64,000 nt of DNA from Nanobdellota archaeon (GCA_043814765.1 JBDRJQ010000028.1:29835-93834); one strand, 5' to 3'; numbered from the stretch's first letter, positions 38,495 to 48,100 are shown. Notes: generated by a model not told the origin, from the sequence alone. Numbers and translations: made by a program.

Positions 38495-39100
38495 ATGGCT
38501 GAAAAGAAAGGAAGAAAATATTTCGATGCAGAAGAACTAGAGGACATCTATTCATCTGGCATAGGTGAGGAACGCAGACATGAATTCTTAGACACACCTA
38601 CATCTTGGGATGACATAGACAAAGAGCCACGTGAAAGAGTGGAAAAGGTTCGCATCAAGACAGTTCAGACAATGCCTCGTCTTGAAGAAGAAGAGATGGA
38701 CAAACTTAAGATAATCAGCCCAAAAATAATTGGCAGTCTTTTTGATAGAGTAAAATTTTTGAAAGAAAGAATAGAAGAAACACAAAACACAATGAAAATG
38801 CGTACTGATATTCATAATGACATGTTAGCAGAGATAACTGAGGATATTAAGGAAAGACAGGGAATGTTGGGAAAGGCCATGAGCCTTGACGAGCAAAGAA
38901 GCATAAAACTTGACATGTCTGTTCTTAGAAAGGAAAAAAGAAAGGAAATAATTCAGTTATGGAGAGATATGTTTGATCTAAGAACTGAACTAAAGGAATT
39001 ACTAGAACAGTTCCAAAATGAACAAAAGCTTGCAGATCTTTTCTCTGAAATAAAACCTGAGAATAATAAGAAGGGAGGCATCGGAGAATCCGATATCTAG
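38495..39100 (+). CDS. Coiled-coil hypothetical protein
   Basis: Heptad-rich E/K/R helices; operonic with the ATPase. Confidence 0.75.
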   Translation: MAEKKGRKYFDAEELEDIYSSGIGEERRHEFLDTPTSWDDIDKEPRERVEKVRIKTVQTMPRLEEEEMDKLKIISPKIIGSLFDRVKFLKERIEETQNTMKMRTDIHNDMLAEITEDIKERQGMLGKAMSLDEQRSIKLDMSVLRKEKRKEIIQLWRDMFDLRTELKELLEQFQNEQKLADLFSEIKPENNKKGGIGESDI

Positions 39101-39113
39101 GCAGGTTATAATT

Positions 39114-41351
39114 ATGATAGACATAAAAGAAAGATTATTCACTAGCGAAGTTAAGAAACTTATTCCAATCCTAGGCAGGGTTAATGTTGAAAGACTTAGC
39201 AAGGCATACTTGCTTGGTGATGAAGATACCAGATTAAGAATCTTCGAATTAATAGACGTAGCTAAGGCTGCTGTTTTCAGCGAAAACGAGCTTGGCGAAA
39301 GCATATTAATGGAGCCGCCTGAAAAAGAAGCTGTAGCTAAAGGAGAATTGACTCTTGGCAGTGTTCTTTATGGAAAGAAAAAAATGTATCCATTGAGATT
39401 CGAAAAGCAAAGGCTTTTGATGCACATGGGTATATTCGGTTCGTCTGGTTATGGTAAAACAAACCTTGCTCACAAAATGATACTAGAAATGGCAAACGAG
39501 GAATTGCCTATATTGATATTTGATTTCTCAAAGAGAAATTACAGAAAGCTATTAAGAACACCACTAAAGGACAGAATAGATATTTACACCGTGGGCAGAA
39601 ACACATCACCATTCAAATTCAATCCGCTTGTTCCTCCTGAAGGCATTCAAATGTCTCAGTGGATGAAGGAGTTCTCATCTGTATTCGATCATGCTTATTT
39701 CCTTATGGGCGGTGGTAGGCACATAATTATGAAGGCTTTTGACGGAGCTTTCGATGAGTCTGAAAAAACACCAAGATTGAGGGACCTTAAGGATTGGATA
39801 AACGAATACGCAGAACTCAAACTGCCAATGAGAGAGAAGAACTGGATAGCAACAGCTGCAAGGCCGTTGGATTCTCTAGTCTTCAGGGAAATTGGAGAGA
39901 TATTTGATTGTGATGTTGGTGTAAGGCCGTCTGATTTTTTCAAGAAAGGCAAGATAACTATTCTTGAACTGGATGCTCTTGACACTAATGACAAGACATT
40001 TTTCATAGAAATACTGTTACAGTGGATAAGAGATTGGCTTTTGGTAAACGATAAAAGAGAAGAGCTTATAGGAGCCATTATTTTAGAGGAAGCGCACCAT
40101 GTTCTGAACCGTGAAAAATCTATAAGAACTGGTTCAGAAACTGTTATGGATCTTTTGTTCAGAGAGATTAGAGAGCTAGGTCTAGGCATTATTTACTTGG
40201 ATCAGCACCCATCTTTAGTTTCTTATCCGGCTCTGGGTAATACATCTACTCATATTTATATGAATCTGGGACTTGATACAAAGCAGTCTTCAGATATACT
40301 AGATGCAACTCACATGCTTGGATTAGATTATGAAGAGGAAGGCAGCTATCTCAGAAGGCTTCCTGTAGGACAAGGCTTTATGCTTTGCAGAAACTTCGAA
40401 TTCCCAAGACCATTCCTTGTAAACTTCGATGAAGTGAAATTCACTGAAAAGGTAATAAAGGATGAAGAAGTAGCAGAACTGATGAAAACATACGACAAGA
40501 TTGTATCCAAACCAGTAGAACATAAAGTTGCAGAAAACATACCCAAAGAAGTAGTTAAGAAAACAAATGAAATAACAAGCGATATACAAAAAGCTGCTAA
40601 TGATCTTTTACGGGAAATAAAGCTGCTTACAGAAGAGTCTAGGGAATATGCTAAAGAAGAGTATATGGAAGACGCTAAAGAAGATGTAGTTGAGGAACCT
40701 GAAGAAAGAACAGAAATTATAGAACCTAAAATAGAAACACCAAAATTAGAAGACGTTAGCACAGTGGATATGCCCTTAGATAAGATAGACAAACAGGCAT
40801 GGAAAATAATTGATGTTGTTGGTAACGGTCATGGTGCATTTGCATCACAGATATACAAAAACGCCAGAGTATCTGGCACTGTTTTCAATGAAAAAATAGA
40901 GACACTTTTAGACCTGGGCTTAATTAAGCGTGTTGGTGGCAAAAGTGGCAAGAACAAGCTTCATTTTTATTACTTGACTGAAAAGGGAGAAAGGACATTT
41001 GATAGCAACTTCAGAAGATATGAAGGTGCTGTGGATGCTGACCTTTCAGGATTGCTAGAGCTGTTCTCTTTAGTCGGATGGAAAGCTACTCGTAAAGTAG
41101 ACATTCTGGAAATAACCAAAGAGGATGAGATACTTCCAGTTGCAATTATAGATTACACAGACAAAAATAAAATGTACGAAAGACTAAAGATAAACAAACA
41201 TTTTGTATGCGCAAACGAGACGCTAAAAAACATATTGGTGCAACAGGCAGCCAAGCGTTCATTAAAGAAACCAGGATTAACAATATTCGTTTCTACATTC
41301 AAGGATTTTGAAGATAACACAAAATTCGACAAAATAGAGTTCGATATTTGA
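39114..41351 (+). CDS. HerA/VirB4-like (FtsK-HerA superfamily, DUF87-type) ATPase with C-terminal wHTH
   Basis: HMGIFGSSGYGKT Walker A, ILIFDF, IILEEAHHV Walker B, REIRELGLG..DQHPS arginine-finger region; LLDLGLI...YYLTEKG wHTH. Confidence 0.88.
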   Translation: MIDIKERLFTSEVKKLIPILGRVNVERLSKAYLLGDEDTRLRIFELIDVAKAAVFSENELGESILMEPPEKEAVAKGELTLGSVLYGKKKMYPLRFEKQRLLMHMGIFGSSGYGKTNLAHKMILEMANEELPILIFDFSKRNYRKLLRTPLKDRIDIYTVGRNTSPFKFNPLVPPEGIQMSQWMKEFSSVFDHAYFLMGGGRHIIMKAFDGAFDESEKTPRLRDLKDWINEYAELKLPMREKNWIATAARPLDSLVFREIGEIFDCDVGVRPSDFFKKGKITILELDALDTNDKTFFIEILLQWIRDWLLVNDKREELIGAIILEEAHHVLNREKSIRTGSETVMDLLFREIRELGLGIIYLDQHPSLVSYPALGNTSTHIYMNLGLDTKQSSDILDATHMLGLDYEEEGSYLRRLPVGQGFMLCRNFEFPRPFLVNFDEVKFTEKVIKDEEVAELMKTYDKIVSKPVEHKVAENIPKEVVKKTNEITSDIQKAANDLLREIKLLTEESREYAKEEYMEDAKEDVVEEPEERTEIIEPKIETPKLEDVSTVDMPLDKIDKQAWKIIDVVGNGHGAFASQIYKNARVSGTVFNEKIETLLDLGLIKRVGGKSGKNKLHFYYLTEKGERTFDSNFRRYEGAVDADLSGLLELFSLVGWKATRKVDILEITKEDEILPVAIIDYTDKNKMYERLKINKHFVCANETLKNILVQQAAKRSLKKPGLTIFVSTFKDFEDNTKFDKIEFDI

Positions 41352-41409
41352 GCTCAAACACAACATGTTGTGGATTAATTTTAAATAAGTTAGTGGATAA
41401 AGTATAACT

Positions 41410-42850
41410 ATCACAATAAGTATCATAATCTCAATTCACTAATTTGACTTGCAAAGTCCTTCGCATTAGCTCAACACTAACGCGTCGAATTTAAAAAGAA
41501 TGTTTTCCCATTAGCATCTCGCTAGTGGATAGGATATGCAACATTTCATAAGTGTTGGGTATCCTTTTTCTTGACGACTTCTCAGCGTTAAGCTGATCAG
41601 CAGCTAGAAATAGCTGCTATTTTTTTGACGACTACCGATTTCTAGAAGACCGTCCAACATGAATTCTACGCACAGCACTCTACAAATTCAGGGTGCAGGT
41701 GTATGAGAGACAGTCTATATGACTAGGCTTGAAATAGGTCTCTCGCTGAATGCAACTCTTTGATGGTAATTCTAGATAACCTGATAGGAGGAGAGACCTG
41801 TTTTTGAAAGTAAGCGTCAGTTTCTGTAACGGATTCTGACGATGGTTATAAAAACAGGGCTTTCACTTCGGTGTTAGCCCTACGAAAACAATCAGCAGCT
41901 TGTCTGCGCTTTCATTTAGCGGTTTCAAGTTCGGAAATCAACATCCGAACCGTTAAGATGTCACAGGTGCGCTTACATATTAGCGCGCCTGTTTTTTGAG
42001 AATACGGAACTTGGGGAAACCCTGGATCCTTTTCTACCAAGAGGAAGAGAGCCACAATTGAAGATTCGGCCTTACTAAAAGCTGGGCCAACCCCTTCATA
42101 AAGGATTGAACCTCTTGGTTTTTTGAAAACAATGCAAAGCCGGATCATAAAAACTGTCCAATGATCCGGCAGCTTAAATAATGGACAGGCAAGATCCACA
42201 ATACATTCGAATCGCGGTTCAAACCACAATTTCGGTTTCGGGCGCTTGTAATCACAGCACGACAGAAGAGTTCTTATTTAATGAACTCACATCGTTTCTC
42301 CACTCATCTGCAAGTAATTCTTCGTCCTGCAGCAGTCTCCTTCCACCTTTCCTTCCGTAACGCCTCCACCGATTCTAGTTTACGGCACAATATCTTCTGG
42401 CACAGTATCTTCTGGGATTGTATAAAACGAAGTAACAATTTCCCAGATTGATACAAATTTAAACGCGTCTCTCTTCCCCCCGTAAAAAGGGAAAGTGCCC
42501 GACTCCTTCCGCGACTCGGGCACTTTTTTTTGTCCAGCTCATGACTACCGAAAGCAAGGATCGATGATTTAAACATTTACCTGAAACAGCGTGTAATCGG
42601 CACGCATACTCCAGGAATCAACAGATAGATGAGGAGGCCCGAAAAACAAATTAATAATCGCACGAAAGTTGTATTGGTTTTTCAAAAACCTATTCGGTAA
42701 AATCATTGCACAGCCAACAAGCGGTGCAAAATTAACTCAAAAAAGAGAACGGCACTTTGAGGTAAATGAGACATTATTGAATTTAAGCGACACCGAAAAG
42801 AGCCAATCTTAAACGCAGAAGCGATGATCAAACCATCCTTCTGCTTCTTT
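41410..42850 (+). ncRNA. Putative long structured non-coding RNA, or cluster of structured RNAs, of unknown family; ends approximate
   Basis: About 1.45 kb with no credible ORF, more than 15 stem-loops, GAAA and cUUCGg loops and G-U pairs on the + strand, an H-type pseudoknot, upstream TTTAAATA TATA box (41380..41387). Confidence 0.55.
42492..42531 (+). terminator. Strong hairpin plus T8 tract
   Basis: AAAGTGCCCGA-13 nt loop-TCGGGCACTTTTTTTT. Confidence 0.55.
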
Positions 42851-42910
42851 ACATATATCTACTAAAAGGGATATAAGCAATAATCTGCAAACATGCTTCA
42901 AACAAAAAAA

Positions 42911-43216
42911 TTACTTCTTTTTGATGTACTTCTTGAACCATTTAAGAATTGTCCAGCGAGAAACCTTGATCCCGTGCCTGTGTTTCATCTCCTGCTGCAC
43001 CTCGGACAGAGAGAGGCCTTTACTGTAGAGAGCTACAGCTTTCATTATTGTATCTTTTTTGAACCTCATCCGCAGGAAATTGTCGTTTGGGGTATACTTG
43101 CGTCCGCACTTTTTACAGAGCCGAAGGTGCTTTTTAGTTGACTCGTTATACCTAAAACCTCTCCACACAGTGTTTGTGCTCTGGCAATGCGCACATCTCT
43201 CAATTTTATCTTTCAT
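42911..43216 (-). CDS. Stand-alone zinc-ribbon/HTH protein resembling the N-terminal half of archaeal IS6-family transposases (no DDE domain)
   Basis: CAHC.S..T..RG.R...CKKCGRKYT...F..MRF...I..AV.LY..GLSL..V...KVS..TI.KW.KKY; stop followed by a T7 tract; own TATA box. Confidence 0.8.
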   Translation of the reverse strand: MKDKIERCAHCQSTNTVWRGFRYNESTKKHLRLCKKCGRKYTPNDNFLRMRFKKDTIMKAVALYSKGLSLSEVQQEMKHRHGIKVSRWTILKWFKKYIKKK

Positions 43217-43254
43217 ACTTAATTAAACTTATAGGGATATATAAAGCTTTCTCT

Positions 43255-44961
43255 CTACATCTTCTCAGGTGCCTCTATACCCAACAGAAATAAAGCGTTC
43301 TTAATGGTAATTTTTGCTGCTTTGACCAGAGCCAAACGCACTTCAGCAGTATTTTTGTCAGCTTTCAGTACGGGAAGCGCCTGATAAAACTCGTTAAAGG
43401 CTGATGCCAGCTCATAGACATAGTTCACTATGTAATGGGGTCTGTAGTCCCTTGCAGAATTCTCAATTGTCTGGGAAAAGTTAGAAATTATTTTTATAAG
43501 CCTTTTTTCCTTGTCGTCAACTAATAGGGATGCATCAAATTCTATTGGTTTTGTTTTTGCCTTTCTCAAAATAGAAGATGCCCTGGCATAAGTGTACTGC
43601 ACATAAGGCGCACTGTTGCCCTGAAAATCCAGTGCCTGATCCCAGTCAAATATTATAACCTTTTCAGGTGACTGCATTATCATGCTGTACTTTATTGCGC
43701 CCATTGCAACCTGCTCAGCTATTTTCTTGTGTTCTGCTGCAGAAAGAGCTGGGTTCTTTTCTTTAGTTGCTTGCAGCGCTATAGCGTACAGCTTTGACTT
43801 AAGCTCATGGTAAAGTATAACTTTTCCTTCTCTGGACTTCATCTTGCCTGTAGGAAGGTTAACCAGTTCGTAGGATAAATGGCATTCTTTTTTAGCAATC
43901 GGATCGCTAATAATCTCCAGTGTTTTAAAAAACTGCTGAAAGTAAAGTTTTTGCTCAGAACCGACGACATGAATTATCAAATCTGGATTGTATTCTTTGT
44001 TTTGAAGCCTTGCCAGAGCAAATTCTTTTGTTGAATAAAGGGCTATTCCATCCTTTCTCAGCACTAAGAATATGCCCAGACCGTATTCTTTAAGATCTAT
44101 TATCAAAGCACCATCGCTTATTTTGAATACCCCCTTTTTATGCAAATCCTCTACTATTTTTCTTCCTGGTGCTTCAACTTCTGATTCCATGTAAAGCCTG
44201 TCAAACTTTGCTCCAAAATCCTTGTAAATATCATCAAAATAATCAAGGCTCCATTTCCTTCCTGTTTTCCATATAGAAACCAGTTCTTTATCGCCAGCGT
44301 ACAGTTTTTTATTTATCTCATCAATCTCTTCAGTGACTTTTTGATTTAGGCTTGCCTTTTCACTGGATTCTTTGTAAACATCGCCAAGCCACAAACCTTT
44401 ATGAACATTTTTTGGTGGTTTCTTTTTATAGATATTTATCAAACCCCACAGAGCTTTTGCTACATGCGGGCCTATATCACCTTGATAATTTGCCCTCACT
44501 GTTTTATGGCCTGAAAACTCCAGGACACGCGACAGGGATTCACCAAGGGCTATGTTTCTAACATGACCTATATGAAATCCTTTGAATGGGTTTGGATGGG
44601 CATACTCCACCATTATTGTCTTTCCTTTACCGTCAACAGAACTTCCATATTCTTTTCCTTCCCTTAACACATCTTTCAGAACCATATCGCTGAATTTTTC
44701 TGAGTCAGCATAGAAGTTTATGTAAGGGCCAACAGCTCTTACCTCGCGCAACAGACCTTTTGGTTTTACTTTGGATGCGATCTGTCTTGCTATGTCTGCT
44801 GGACTTTTCTTGAATTTTTTTGCAAAAGCAAAACATGGTAACGCAAAGTCTGCACCGATGTTTTCAGGTGGCTTTTCTAAAAATTCTTCTATCTGTTTTT
44901 TTGGAAGATGTTTTTTCAAAAGCATTGTAACTTCGTCACGGATTTTTTTGTTAACATCCAT
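43255..44961 (-). CDS. argS: Arginine--tRNA ligase
   Basis: EYAHPNPFKGFHIGHVRN (HIGH), GKMKSREG, GNSAPYVQYTYARA, LLGIEAPEKM. Confidence 0.97.
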   Translation of the reverse strand: MDVNKKIRDEVTMLLKKHLPKKQIEEFLEKPPENIGADFALPCFAFAKKFKKSPADIARQIASKVKPKGLLREVRAVGPYINFYADSEKFSDMVLKDVLREGKEYGSSVDGKGKTIMVEYAHPNPFKGFHIGHVRNIALGESLSRVLEFSGHKTVRANYQGDIGPHVAKALWGLINIYKKKPPKNVHKGLWLGDVYKESSEKASLNQKVTEEIDEINKKLYAGDKELVSIWKTGRKWSLDYFDDIYKDFGAKFDRLYMESEVEAPGRKIVEDLHKKGVFKISDGALIIDLKEYGLGIFLVLRKDGIALYSTKEFALARLQNKEYNPDLIIHVVGSEQKLYFQQFFKTLEIISDPIAKKECHLSYELVNLPTGKMKSREGKVILYHELKSKLYAIALQATKEKNPALSAAEHKKIAEQVAMGAIKYSMIMQSPEKVIIFDWDQALDFQGNSAPYVQYTYARASSILRKAKTKPIEFDASLLVDDKEKRLIKIISNFSQTIENSARDYRPHYIVNYVYELASAFNEFYQALPVLKADKNTAEVRLALVKAAKITIKNALFLLGIEAPEKM

Positions 44962-44991
44962 AATATTATTTTGTTTGTATATCTATAAGTT

Positions 44992-45180
44992 TCAACTCCC
45001 TTGCTTGTGCACGGCATACAATTCTGCGAGAACATCTGGAAACTCCCCTGTCTTACTCCAGGAATCGACGAACTTCATGTTGACAGGATTGTGCATGATT
45101 TCCCCAGGCTCCGTTTCGCCACTCAACACGAATATTTCATTTATGTTCTTTTAGAATCCCCTTGAAATAGATTCAATCAT
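44992..45180 (-). pseudogene. Possible gene remnant at the edge of the secreted-protein block
   Basis: MIESISRGF*KNINEIFVLSGETEPGEIMHNPVNMKFVDSWSKTGEFPDVLAELYAVHKQGS*, protein-like frame with an internal stop. Confidence 0.3.
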
Positions 45181-45197
45181 ATTAATCCAGAAGATTC

Positions 45198-48100
45198 TCA
45201 CAACCCCGACAGGTCCGCCTTCCAGACGCCGTATTCTGTGAGACCGAAAATTAAATATTTATTGTCTGGGGTGAGTGCCAGGTTGTCTGCGACATTGTCC
45301 CTTACCTGGTTGTCTACTATCAGCTCTTTGCCTGGCAGGCCACTGTTTATGATTTTCCAGCTGGCTCCGGCGTCCCTGCTTATGTAAACACCCACGTTGG
45401 TGCTTAAAAACAGTATGTTATGGTTTGGCGGATAAATCAGAAGCGTGTAGAATTCGCTTCCGCTATAAAGGCCGTTCATAATCCTGAACCAGTTCTCTCC
45501 GCCGTCTATTGTTTTCATCACAATACCGCAAAAAGTGTCTTTGTTTCTCTCACAGAAGCCCATGTTCTGCCCGTTCTTAGTTGAGGTATACATTATGCTT
45601 GGATTGTCGCTGTCGATTGCGATTGTGTAAGGCCACTGCTCAGGAGGCATGCCATTGCTTATCATCTCCCACGTTCTTCCTTTATTCAGTGATTTCACAA
45701 CCCCGTTGTATGTTCCTGCAAATAATATGCTGTGATTATGGGGGTGCATGCTCAAAGAAAACATGCCATCATTTCCCAGTTTCAGGCTTGAATCCTCCCA
45801 TGTATGCCCATTGTCCTCGCTTATGAAAAACCCGCTTGGGAAATGACCATAATAAATCTTTCCAGGGACATCAGGGTCAAACAGTATTGAGCTGAACTGA
45901 TACATCCTTCTTTCCCACGGGCTCCACCATCCGCCGCCAAATATGCCCTTTCCAAGACTCTGCCAGCTTTTGCTTGCAGAATTGAATTTATATATCCCGT
46001 ATCCAGCAGTTCCTGCGTAAATATCAGCACCTGTTAAGCCTATTGTTATGACAATATCATCCACATGAATCTCCCCTTCTAGTGATTCAAAAGCAATCCC
46101 TCCGTTCAATAGCGACTCGGTATCAGTATAATCTATCTTCAAATCATCATCAACATAAACCTTAACGTTGTTTCCATTGCCGACAATTTTAATGTCATAC
46201 CACCTGTCTCTGCTAAATGCCATGTCTTTATTTATCAGGTTCGTATGAACGCTATTATAAGTTCGCATCAGGTATAAGCTCCCACTGTTTAGACCTATAG
46301 CATACCTATCACTACCACTAACGCGGTAATTAATATGAACCGAGCCTTTGATTAACTTTACCCTACTCTCGAAAGTGTAATCAGTCCAGCTCTCTGAACC
46401 ACCACTAATCCAGTTATGGTCAATGCCCTGCAAGACATAGTTGCCGCCTTCCTGGATGACAGACCATCCAGTGTCTGACTTCCATCCGTCTGCGTTCCCG
46501 TCCTCAAAATCATCTCCAAGGGGCGGTCCTTCTATGTTTACAACCTTTAGCGATCTTATATCAAGGGTTTTTAGTCCGTCATTCATTTCAGTCCAACTTT
46601 CTCCATCATCACGGGTCACGAACACGCCTTCTTGAGTTCCTACATAAACTGTTTCCGAGTCTTTAGGATCAACAACAACAGCAGTTATAGGTTTCCTGAG
46701 CAACTCATTCTCATTTCCGTTGGCAAACATGCTCACACTCATATACTCGTGAGATCTGTACATTCCCTTTCCGTATGCGCCCATCCAAACGTCTGCCGGA
46801 TTGTTTGGGTCTATAGCAAAACTGTAGTATCCCTGTGTAATTGGATCATCCACAATAATGCTCGGCTGAGCGGTGTTTCTCTCATACCAAGTTTCTCCTC
46901 TATCATCACTTCGGAACATCCCTCCTGGATAAGCAGTTGCATAAATTCGATTAGAATTTGTTGGATCAATTTCAACCTGAATTCTGGAAATGTATGTTTT
47001 TGGTTTGTTGCTTCTGGAATTGTCCCAAGTAATTGAATAATCGTCATTGACAATCCCTGCATAAACCCCGCTTGCCCCTACAGCTGCGTAAACATAACCA
47101 TCTTCAGCTATAAGCGCAGCTGTGCCCAAACTTGGCAAACCCTCATTCTCCTGTTTCCAAGTTTCGCCACCATCACTGCTAACAAAAATACCCTGAGTGC
47201 TTGAGGCTACATACAAAAGATTCGGGTTCTGCGGATCAATCTCAACTGCCATAGTCGCGTGTTCGGTTTCGAGCATACGGGTCCAGGTTTCTCCGCCGTC
47301 TGTTGATTTGTAGGCTCCGCATGCATCCTGCTCTATGTTTTTAGGCAGTCCGGTAGGTTCAATTATATACTCAGGCAGCAATTCGCACAACCCTGCAGCA
47401 TACAGGGTGTTGCTATTGGAATAATCCACATCAATATCGTAGTACCCAAGCCTTGGAAGGCCTCCTTCCTTGTCATCCAGTCTCTCCCAGGTTTCTCCGC
47501 CATCAACACTCTTGAAAACTCCATATCCGTGCTTTGAAACATAAATTGTATTTGGATTGTTTGGATCAACCTCCATTTCAACCGTAGATTCAGCTACGCC
47601 TTCATCATTACCTGGCAGGTTTTCGTTCAGATCTGCTACCATCTCACCATTTATAATCTTTAGTAGTGAACCAGCCGCAACACAGAACGGACGCCCGAAA
47701 GTAGCTGCATAAATCGTATCTGGGTTGTTTGGATCAATTGCTACAGCGCTTGTCAGGACATTAGTTCTATCAAATTCATAATATTCTTCCCAAGTAAGCC
47801 CGCTGTCTTCGGATTTGTGTATAACTGGTTTAAGTCTGTCACATGCGTAAATAATGTCTGGATTTTTTTCAGAAATCGCCAAGCATGTCGGAGACTCAGG
47901 TGCGTTATCAAGCTTCACCCAATTACTTCCTCCGTCAATAGTCTTATAAGTCCCTCCGCCCCAGGTGCCTGCATAAACTATGTCTTTATCCCTTGGATCA
48001 ATCTGAAGCTGTGAATGACGCATAATGGTTGCAAATGTTAGCTCATCGTTAAGTTTACTCCAGGTTTCTCCTTTATTATTGCTCACATAGATGGTTCCTT

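Noticed and set aside
42041..42276. GAGGAAG... and ACAGAAG...CTTAT resembling RNase P RNA conserved regions I and V
   Set aside because: The P4 helix with its bulged U cannot be formed and both segments sit in other local stems; an Rfam search is still advisable
42384..42413. 15 bp tandem repeat, and the 25 bp one at 62088, as possible CRISPR repeats
   Set aside because: Only two adjacent copies, no spacers and no cas genes in the window
41912..42576. Listed minus-strand ORFs 41912..42229 and 42304..42576
   Set aside because: Short, with no RBS or recognisable motif and atypical composition; they lie antisense to the hairpin-rich region and look like chance frames
42911..43216. Active IS6/IS1 insertion sequence
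   Set aside because: No DDE domain, terminal inverted repeats or target duplication found
33087..43216. Provirus or complete integrative element
   Set aside because: No integrase, capsid, terminase or replication gene was recognised, and the housekeeping gene ino1 lies in the middle
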